From positions 1 to 64,000 of the IMG/VR virus record IMGVR_UViG_3300037541_000451: DNA of 64,000 nt, one strand, 5' to 3'. Within the stretch, counting starts at the first letter, position 1. Each line of letters starts with the position of its first letter. Under the pieces are notes generated by a model, which was not told the origin of the DNA, ran no database searches, and saw only the letters and a list, made by a program, of their open reading frames with translations. This stretch comes from a virus. Taxonomy: Duplodnaviria > Caudoviricetes. Both the position numbers and the translations under genes were made by a program. Below, one piece after another: positions 57,493 through 64,000 of this stretch.

Positions 57493-57668
57493 ACAGTTTC
57501 TAATAGTGCGCCTACAATTGTTCTTTCAATCTCAGCAAAAATTTTATGTTTGTTTACATTATCCTTAAGATTGTTTTCAAGTCTGAGACAAATGCATTCT
57601 GAATACATTATAGCTTTTCGATATAATATATAGTCTAATGTCTTAAGTTGTGAATGTAGATCTTGCAT
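57483..57668 (-). CDS. hypothetical protein
   Basis: ORF track; the 3' end overlaps tRNA-Asn. Confidence 0.4.
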   Translation of the reverse strand: MQDLHSQLKTLDYILYRKAIMYSECICLRLENNLKDNVNKHKIFAEIERTIVGALLETVPR

Positions 57669-57674
57669 AGTTAA

Positions 57675-57750
57675 TGGTGCCGCTTATCTGACTCGAACAG
57701 ATGACCTACCGATTACAAATCGGTTGCTCTACCAACTGAGCTAAAGCGGC
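57675..57750 (-). tRNA. tRNA-Thr(TGT)
   Basis: Cloverleaf; anticodon loop TTTGTAA; CCA. Confidence 0.93.
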
Positions 57751-57957
57751 TTAATTTGTTCTCTCAATCTTCCAAAAAGTTGTATTTATAGATTCGTTAA
57801 CTTCTAATGCAAGAACATAATTTTTCCAAAACCACCGATTATCCATCGTAGAACCTCTAACGGTATCTTTACAAGTCAACCAGTCCGGTGCATTAATTTC
57901 ATTAAATTCCAAGATTTTGTTAGAGAAGTATAGATGGGTTGCTTTAAATTCTTTCAT
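57751..57957 (-). CDS. hypothetical protein
   Basis: ORF track. Confidence 0.65.
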   Translation of the reverse strand: MKEFKATHLYFSNKILEFNEINAPDWLTCKDTVRGSTMDNRWFWKNYVLALEVNESINTTFWKIERTN

Positions 57958-57961
57958 ACTT

Positions 57962-58315
57962 TTAAGTCAACGAAATCCGAAGCTTCCGTTGAATTGCAGA
58001 AAGCCTTTTATAAGCATTTTGTAGCTTGTCACGCTTTGAAAAGAATCGATTTTTCTTAGTATTCGAATAGAACTTAATTGCTTCAGATCTTTCTGAATTA
58101 TATTCTTCAAGATCAAGTGTCATTAAATTTAATTGTCCACGAAGCACAGTACGTAGATATTGTGCTTCTTGCTGAGTTAAACTTATTAGAACTTCTGATG
58201 ATAGTTTTGACTCATTCGTTTCAGGTGAATTACGAAAGTTGTTAGCATCAGTAAAAGTCATTTTTTCAATCCATTTATTAAACCAATCGTTTAAAGTATT
58301 CATATTAACTCCCAT
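57962..58315 (-). CDS. hypothetical protein
   Basis: ORF track. Confidence 0.6.
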   Translation of the reverse strand: MGVNMNTLNDWFNKWIEKMTFTDANNFRNSPETNESKLSSEVLISLTQQEAQYLRTVLRGQLNLMTLDLEEYNSERSEAIKFYSNTKKNRFFSKRDKLQNAYKRLSAIQRKLRISLT

Positions 58316-58505
58316 TATAAACTCTATCAGAAATATCTACACCATGAAAATCGGTATAAAACTCTTCATATCTACCTTCGCTACTGCATGAACGCCTATG
58401 TGGACAATCTACATGAGAGCATTCCCATTGAGCAGTAGTTTCAATGTTACTTTTATGGTGAGTCTTTTTCTGACATATAACACAAATAGATTTTTCAGGC
58501 TTCAT
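58305..58505 (-). CDS. small Cys/His-rich protein
   Basis: CxxC...H, CxxxxC. Confidence 0.55.
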   Translation of the reverse strand: MKPEKSICVICQKKTHHKSNIETTAQWECSHVDCPHRRSCSSEGRYEEFYTDFHGVDISDRVYNGS

Positions 58506-58525
58506 TAAAGACTCCTGTAAAAGAA

Positions 58526-58798
58526 TTATTTGTTAAAGCCATTTCTAAGAATTTTTCGAATGCTTTTTTGAATTTTTTCTTTTCTTTTTATTTCTTCTGT
58601 TAAATCACGCTCATATTGTCTATAGTAATTTAGTAACTTAAAAGAATTTTGAACAGAGCTGTCATCTTTGTTTATATAGTCACATTTATGATAATAGTAT
58701 TTTGCCTTATCTCTGGCGCGCTCCTTTTCAATATGGAGCTCATTTAATTGATCTTTTAAGATAGACTCGAAAAATTGCAAAGAGGAATTGTCTAGCAT
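58526..58798 (-). CDS. hypothetical coiled-coil protein
   Basis: SD AGGAG. Confidence 0.65.
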   Translation of the reverse strand: MLDNSSLQFFESILKDQLNELHIEKERARDKAKYYYHKCDYINKDDSSVQNSFKLLNYYRQYERDLTEEIKRKEKIQKSIRKILRNGFNK

Positions 58799-58810
58799 TT
58801 TCGCTCCTAA

Positions 58811-58848
58811 TGGTAGGCCGGGTCGGATTCGAACCGACGGCTAAACGA
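58811..58848 (-). pseudogene. 3' half of a broken tRNA (positions about 39-76)
   Basis: TCGTT-TAGCC-GTCGG TTCGAAT CCGAC-CCGGCCT-A-CCA; its acceptor strand pairs with the 5' half at 59432-59458. Confidence 0.85.
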
Positions 58849-58925
58849 TGGTGAGACCGATGGGACTCGAACCCATAACCCGCATCTTATGAGGATGACG
58901 CTCTAACCGATTGAGCTACAGTCTC
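58849..58925 (-). tRNA. tRNA with CAT anticodon (probably elongator Met)
   Basis: Cloverleaf, loop CTCATAA, CCA; lacks the C4-G69 and C29-G41 pairs linked to TilS recognition in E. coli. Confidence 0.85.
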
Positions 58926-58931
58926 TGTCAC

Positions 58932-59408
58932 TTAACTTGAAAAATCTCTATGGATATTTCTTACAAATTCATTTCTAACCGCGACAGCTTCGTTTACAGT
59001 TTTAAATTTAGGAGTTCTATATTGCTTACCATTCAATCCGCATTCAACATAATACAAACCGGACTTCGTTTTATAAATATTTTTGATACCAGATGATGAA
59101 TTTGAAGATACCTTTCTATTTAAGTTGTTCTCAATATTTGAACACTTTCTTAAATTAGAGATCTTGTTGTTGACTCGATTTCTGTCGATATGATCAATAA
59201 GATCAAAATCGTTCAAAAATCCATATACATAAATCCAGATTAATCGATGAGCTTGATAAAATTTATTATCAATTCTGATATGGCGGTATCCTCTTGAATT
59301 CACAGTACCTGCAATAGTACCGATTTTAGCAATACCTCTGTTTTCTTTCCATATCAAATTTTCACCATCGTAATCAAATAATTGTTTTAAATACTTTTGT
59401 GTTATCAT
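58932..59408 (-). CDS. free-standing HNH homing endonuclease
   Basis: AHRLIW...IDHIDRNRVNNKISNLR; AP2-like C-terminus. Confidence 0.88.
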   Translation of the reverse strand: MITQKYLKQLFDYDGENLIWKENRGIAKIGTIAGTVNSRGYRHIRIDNKFYQAHRLIWIYVYGFLNDFDLIDHIDRNRVNNKISNLRKCSNIENNLNRKVSSNSSSGIKNIYKTKSGLYYVECGLNGKQYRTPKFKTVNEAVAVRNEFVRNIHRDFSS

Positions 59409-59431
59409 TTTTACTTTAAAGTAAATAGATA

Positions 59432-59458
59432 TTACTCTAACCGCTGAGTTACCGGCCC
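59432..59458 (-). pseudogene. 5' half of the broken tRNA (positions 1-27)
   Basis: GGGCCGG-TA-ACTC AGCGGTTA GAGT-AA. Confidence 0.85.
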
Positions 59459-59464
59459 TGTGTT

Positions 59465-59629
59465 TTAGAAACCTATATTCTCAATATAGGCAAGTTCTAT
59501 TCTGATTTTTGAATTTGCTGGAATATAATGTTGAACAATTAATACGCTAACCAGTTGTTCTGCCTGAGACTCGCTCTTTAATATGGCAAACAACCGATTG
59601 TTTATAAATAATCTAAAACAGTTTCCCAT
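59465..59629 (-). CDS. small hypothetical protein (54 aa)
   Basis: MGNCFRLFINNRLFAIL... Confidence 0.45.
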   Translation of the reverse strand: MGNCFRLFINNRLFAILKSESQAEQLVSVLIVQHYIPANSKIRIELAYIENIGF

Positions 59630-59643
59630 ATAATTACTGACCT

Positions 59644-59808
59644 CTATAAACTGACACTTATTTTAAGAACAGTAGCAATTGCTATAATCAAAACCATAAG
59701 AGAAAGTGTTCCTACGAGATATAAAAAAGAATCTTCAAGTGAGCCTGTAATATGATAAAAACAAAAGAAGGTGGCAACTAAAATCAATGTTACTACAATA
59801 AATTCCAT
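59644..59808 (-). CDS. small two-TM membrane protein (54 aa)
   Basis: SD AAAGGGA; MEFIVVTLILVATFFCF... Confidence 0.6.
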   Translation of the reverse strand: MEFIVVTLILVATFFCFYHITGSLEDSFLYLVGTLSLMVLIIAIATVLKISVSL

Positions 59809-59821
59809 TTCAATCCCTTTA

Positions 59822-59918
<97 letters not shown>

Positions 59919-60059
59919 ATAAAACTCTTAAAAAGCAGGGAGACAGGCTGCTGATTAAAAGTTTTTAAAGACAGTTTCCAGACGTGTCTAGGTCATGAGA
60001 CTGACTGCAGACTGAAACAGAGGGGCATCTGCAACTTACTGCAGCAATGTCTCTATTTC

Positions 60060-60638
60060 TCACGCAGGCGTAATTTCCGTTGAAGCGGTCTTGGCAGCCT
60101 TTTCAGCAGCCATCTTCGCACGGTAAGCAGCAAGACCTTCAGCGGCCTTAGGATTAAGTTCACGCTTGACTTCTCCAGCGCTATAAGCTGACATGACTTC
60201 ATCCTTGTTCGCGATGATCCAGTCAGAAAGATCAGTGTTATTCTCGCTAGCAGCCATCAGAGTGTTACGAGCAGCCGTCTTCTTCTCATCATCATTCATA
60301 CGCTTGACGCTAGGCCAGCGGAATGAATCAAGGATTGCAGCGGCGTTCTCTTGCAGGAACACCAGATCCTTGTCGTTGATGGTCTTAAGATGATCAAGAG
60401 CCTTATTAAGCTTCTTGTACTCAACCTTCGTAACACGGCGGATTTGACCGACCTCGAAAGCCATTTCAACTGTCTCTTGGTTTTCGATCAGCCAATTTAC
60501 AAGATCTTTATTGTTCTTAGTAAGACGCAGCAGCGCCTCTTCAATCTTAGGACGGCGAAGATAATCCAGAGCCTCCTTCTTGGTTTCGAACATCTTACCA
60601 TCGGGAGTCGTGAATACTTGCTTCAATTCCATTATCAT
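60060..60638 (-). CDS. conserved early protein, probably abundant
   Basis: Higher GC and biased codons like the capsid gene; directly behind promoter copy 3. Confidence 0.8.
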   Translation of the reverse strand: MIMELKQVFTTPDGKMFETKKEALDYLRRPKIEEALLRLTKNNKDLVNWLIENQETVEMAFEVGQIRRVTKVEYKKLNKALDHLKTINDKDLVFLQENAAAILDSFRWPSVKRMNDDEKKTAARNTLMAASENNTDLSDWIIANKDEVMSAYSAGEVKRELNPKAAEGLAAYRAKMAAEKAAKTASTEITPA

Positions 60639-60685
60639 TCCTTTAGCGCACAGCGCTATTGTTTAAGAAATCGTAGCACATGCTA

Positions 60686-60704
60686 CATATAAGATACCGC
60701 ATTT
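60686..60704 (-). promoter_or_regulatory. candidate phage-RNAP promoter, copy 3
   Basis: AAATGCGGTATCTTATATG. Confidence 0.55.
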
Positions 60705-60730
60705 TTCGTACGGCTACTTATTCAGAATAA

Positions 60731-60749
60731 GGGTTAAGTTAACGGGCTT
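60731..60749 (-). promoter_or_regulatory. 19-bp boundary motif, copy 4 of 4
   Basis: AAGCCCGTTAACTTAACCC. Confidence 0.5.
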
Positions 60750-60760
60750 ATCGTCAGTTT

Positions 60761-60885
60761 CGTCGCATGGTGTCTCCGTGCAGTTGAGAGCGCCCCACCT
60801 TGGGGCAGAATGGTACCGCCTTGCACCAGTCGCTGCGCGGCAGTACCTCGGTGATGTCGGAGCCGGTCGTTGCACCTGCGGCCCC
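60761..60885 (-). repeat. GC-rich dispersed element C
   Basis: Starts GGGGCCGCAGGTGCAACG; GTGCAAGGCGGTACCATTCTGC resembles GTGTCAAGGTGGTCCAACCTGC of element A. Confidence 0.5.
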
Positions 60886-60927
60886 TTTAAAGTATTTATT
60901 TTCAGTAGTTTCTAAACTATTAGTTTT

Positions 60928-61419
60928 CTAGGTTTCGATTAGTTCTTTAGTGATAGAATCTCGGTACTCGATCTTAGGCGTATACGGAAATGTTACAGGA
61001 ACCCTACTTTCATAACTTGTAAAAGCTGATCTAGTTTTCTTCTTGGTCTCTGGGTCTATAAACCATTCCATCCATACAATACCTTGAATGTCGTAGGCAC
61101 CAGTGTTATCTTTAAACACATGACCGCAACGTTTATTTTGATAAAGAGGACCACTATCTCGTCCACCGAATTCACTTACATTGCTCCACTCCCAATCTTC
61201 ACCTGTTAAAGGCACAATCGGTTCATATTTTGCAAGTGTTGAGAATAAGTTTATTGTATACAGTGCTGTAGTTCCTGAATGTCCTTCATCAGAAAATACT
61301 TTCAAAAGCTTTAAAATATGCTTACAAATAGCTTCCTGCATTTCGTCTTTGAACTTGTTGTTCTCATCACACCAACCTGCAGCACGAAACTCTGTCCAAG
61401 CATGAAATTCTAAACTCAT
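60928..61419 (-). CDS. conserved phage protein
   Basis: FSDEGHSG...PLTGEDWEW...QNKRC. Confidence 0.75.
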   Translation of the reverse strand: MSLEFHAWTEFRAAGWCDENNKFKDEMQEAICKHILKLLKVFSDEGHSGTTALYTINLFSTLAKYEPIVPLTGEDWEWSNVSEFGGRDSGPLYQNKRCGHVFKDNTGAYDIQGIVWMEWFIDPETKKKTRSAFTSYESRVPVTFPYTPKIEYRDSITKELIET

Positions 61420-61427
61420 TTTAACTC

Positions 61428-62357
61428 CTATGACTTTGCTAACAGGTGATCACGCGGAACTTTAAAACCTGAAGCATTAGTGTGTCCACCACCGCCATAA
61501 TATTCAGCAATCTTAGAAACGTCTAAACCGATACCAACGGTTGATCTGAGACTGAACGCACGATGTTCCTTTGTATCGTAATAAGTAGCAGCAAATGGAT
61601 GATCTTTGGCCATAATCTCTCCAGCATCGCTGGCCATTGTATATGGCAAAGATGCTGTTGGAACTTCCACTCCAGCAATAACCATTGGTCGTACACAAGA
61701 ACTAAGAAGTTCTTTAATATCTTTTTGATGTTTACGATGAATTGCTTGGCCTTCAACAATAAGATTTACGTAAGCTTGGGCATCCTTAGAAACATCGATA
61801 GACATCAACTTGTCCCAGTTTTCAAATGTGTATTCAAATGAAAACACAGAAGATTGAATCTCTCGAGTGTTGGGAAGTTTAAACTGCCACAAATCTCTGT
61901 CTTGAATATGCCCCAACAAAAGCGGGCGTGTATCTTTAGAATGAAACCAATCCCAAGCAATTACAGCACCACTACGCTCTAAATCTAAATCCATTGATAG
62001 ATTTTTATGGTATAAGCCCTCTAAATCATTTTTTGCTGAGATATGGTGATCTAAAATAATCACATAAAAAGCTTTTTCTAAGATCTTTTCGATAATACCG
62101 CGTTTGTAACTAAAATCAATTAAATATACAAAACCACTATCTGAAATATCAGGCGGAGGTTTTCCATACACTCCTGGATGGAAAGTCAATTTACCATTAT
62201 AGCTATTTTCAGTTAAACTATATTGAATACTTCCAGTCGTCTCATTTACTATTACTTCCTTTCGAAAGTCAATGAAAGGTTTAAAGTGTGTATAAGCACA
62301 CCATGCTCCTGTAAACCCATCAGCGCAATTGCCATGATAAATTATATCGATGTTCAT
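61428..62357 (-). CDS. DHH/DHHA1 phosphoesterase (NrnB-like)
   Basis: YHGNCADG, IDFS, LDHH, GGGGHTNASGF. Confidence 0.88.
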   Translation of the reverse strand: MNIDIIYHGNCADGFTGAWCAYTHFKPFIDFRKEVIVNETTGSIQYSLTENSYNGKLTFHPGVYGKPPPDISDSGFVYLIDFSYKRGIIEKILEKAFYVIILDHHISAKNDLEGLYHKNLSMDLDLERSGAVIAWDWFHSKDTRPLLLGHIQDRDLWQFKLPNTREIQSSVFSFEYTFENWDKLMSIDVSKDAQAYVNLIVEGQAIHRKHQKDIKELLSSCVRPMVIAGVEVPTASLPYTMASDAGEIMAKDHPFAATYYDTKEHRAFSLRSTVGIGLDVSKIAEYYGGGGHTNASGFKVPRDHLLAKS

Positions 62358-62581
62358 TTGTATTTCTTTTGAAGTTTTTCATGAACCTCTGTGGCTACTG
62401 CACGCCATAGTTTTGGACTAATAAGCTGATTATCTTCAACTGATGTAGGATTAGATTTGGCGACTTGCTCAGAATAATACCGAATTGCTTCGATAATAAA
62501 CACTTGAGCAAGGCCGCCGTACTTGGAATACTCCATCAACTCAGTGATGAATTCCGTATTAGTTTGCGGCCTTTCTGTCAT
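62354..62581 (-). CDS. hypothetical protein
   Basis: ORF track; ATGA overlap. Confidence 0.65.
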   Translation of the reverse strand: MTERPQTNTEFITELMEYSKYGGLAQVFIIEAIRYYSEQVAKSNPTSVEDNQLISPKLWRAVATEVHEKLQKKYK

Positions 62582-62769
62582 ACGTATTCCGTTAAATCAT
62601 TTTCATGGAAAAATTCTTTGTTAACGAAAAAGCCTTCCTTTGTGAATTTGAGCATTCTTGATTTTTCATCAAGAGCTACAATTGGGTACTCTGAGCCTTG
62701 ATTTACGAAAAGAACAGTGAAAAACTTGCCTGATCGACTCTTCCAAAGCTGCCCTACTTTGAATTGCAT
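62578..62769 (-). CDS. hypothetical protein
   Basis: FKVGQLWKSRSG pattern. Confidence 0.65.
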   Translation of the reverse strand: MQFKVGQLWKSRSGKFFTVLFVNQGSEYPIVALDEKSRMLKFTKEGFFVNKEFFHENDLTEYV

Positions 62770-62794
62770 TTTTATTCCTTATCTGGAAATTCCA

Positions 62795-63796
62795 TTATTC
62801 AAAAATCTCATCAACCAGCTTAGCAATATAAGCTGAATCGATTTTACCATCTTTTGATTTAAGTGCTTCGAGCAGCTGATACATATAAGCTTGATCGACA
62901 CCAATCAGTTGCTCTCTCAAAACACCTGGCTTATTAAAATCAATCTCTGTAATTTGCCAAATAATCTTCAGCAGCTGACCTGCTGTAATTCGCCAGCCTC
63001 TTTCGATAAATTTACGAATGCGAAAGATTGATGCAATAGGGTACAAACTACCCTTATAAACTAGTGCTTTACTCAATAATGATTCTAGTGCGACCGGCTC
63101 TAAATGCAATTCATTCTTTGCGTAATCATAATAATTCATTGTATGAGCAAAGTCGTAGTTATTCAGAATCTTATCAGGCTCTCCGTAGAACCTAATAATA
63201 AGCTGAATCTTATCCGACATTGTAATTGCATTATCAGAAAGAAATACAGGCCTGTACTTAGGCTTTGTTTTGTCCTTCAGATCTGTTACAAGAACTTCAA
63301 CAGTTCCGATAGGATCGTTATCCGGAATTTCGACTGATGAGATCAATTCAGTATTTGATAGACTATCAAAGAAATCTTCAGTATCTTGTTCTGGATGCCC
63401 TTCGAAATATTTATATTCACCTTGAGTTTCGGAAGCAACACCTGCACTCTTAATTCTAATAACAACTCGACGTTCAGTCTCGCCTTTGATATTTTGAATG
63501 TCTTCTTCCATTACAGTTGGAAGACTTCCATTCATTGTGATTTTTTTGTCTTTATTTAGAGTATTAAATACGCTCACGTAATACTCAGCTACGGCTTTGG
63601 TAGTACTGAGTGTTCTGAAGTAGATATCGTAATCGTTAATTGTTTCACCGAGCAACATAGAAGCAATTGCACCACCTGATACAATAGCATCTTTTTTGAT
63701 ATCGGCTACGAGTGTCTCATCGGTAATTGTTTTGAGCCAATCATCAATTCGGTTACGCAAAACTGTTTTGATTGTAGATGCTTTCATACCAGACAT
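62795..63796 (-). CDS. nucleotidyltransferase, CCA-adding/poly(A)-polymerase head-like
   Basis: SGGAIAS...INDYDIYF; later YDFAH and RIRKFIERGW. Confidence 0.65.
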   Translation of the reverse strand: MSGMKASTIKTVLRNRIDDWLKTITDETLVADIKKDAIVSGGAIASMLLGETINDYDIYFRTLSTTKAVAEYYVSVFNTLNKDKKITMNGSLPTVMEEDIQNIKGETERRVVIRIKSAGVASETQGEYKYFEGHPEQDTEDFFDSLSNTELISSVEIPDNDPIGTVEVLVTDLKDKTKPKYRPVFLSDNAITMSDKIQLIIRFYGEPDKILNNYDFAHTMNYYDYAKNELHLEPVALESLLSKALVYKGSLYPIASIFRIRKFIERGWRITAGQLLKIIWQITEIDFNKPGVLREQLIGVDQAYMYQLLEALKSKDGKIDSAYIAKLVDEIFE

Positions 63797-63798
63797 TT

Positions 63799-63960
63799 TT
63801 AATCTTCCTTTACTTTAAGATAGAGTTGAAAAGTTTTATTGTTTATCTTTACTTGACAATGACCTGTTTCAAATAATTCTGTAATTTCAGAAGAATAATC
63901 TGAAACAAAATCTTCTATTGCCGCGTAAGATAAATTTAGTTCATCAAGTAATATTTCCAT
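63799..63960 (-). CDS. small acidic hypothetical protein (53 aa)
   Basis: MEILLDELNLSYAAIEDF... Confidence 0.5.
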   Translation of the reverse strand: MEILLDELNLSYAAIEDFVSDYSSEITELFETGHCQVKINNKTFQLYLKVKED

Positions 63961-64000
63961 TTAAATATCAATCACTGAACGAAAACCTACTGCTCTTCCA

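Noticed and set aside
54520-58811. tRNA-associated HDV-like (theta) ribozymes
   Set aside because: Sequences after each CCA are AT-rich or run into SD/ORFs, with no nested double-pseudoknot pattern.
58811-59458. Self-splicing intron in a tRNA gene
   Set aside because: No group I or II core in the insert, and joining the halves leaves no anticodon loop.
60740-60765. Second hammerhead (GAAACTGACGA on the minus strand)
   Set aside because: No stem II closed by G-C, no properly placed GAAA and no cleavage triplet with stem I pairing.

Overview
A 64 kb segment of an AT-rich tailed-phage genome, most likely a lytic siphovirus (major tail protein, frameshifting tail chaperone, 1978-aa tape measure, lambda-J-like tail tip; no sheath, no integrase). 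Every credible gene is on the minus strand. In transcription order (high to low coordinate): an early/accessory region with small ORFs, five intact tRNAs, one broken tRNA and nucleotide-handling enzymes (64-49 kb); terminase (48-46 kb); a 15 kb fibre/adhesin block of mosaic GC content (46-31 kb); portal; two proteins with a shared N-terminal leader; a gene fusing a Mu-gpF/SPP1-gp7-type head protein to a T7-like single-subunit RNA polymerase, interrupted by a group I intron with an HNH endonuclease; head and tail genes; lysis genes; more early-type genes. Main candidate system: a possibly virion-delivered MuF-RNAP with three T7-architecture promoters, a second 19-bp motif in four copies and three related GC-rich elements. 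Also seen: a complete hammerhead ribozyme, an HNH+tRNA cassette inserted into another tRNA gene, several unannotated structured RNAs and terminators with 16-33 nt poly(T) tails. All calls come from reading the sequence by eye; no searches were run, so novelty is unverified.
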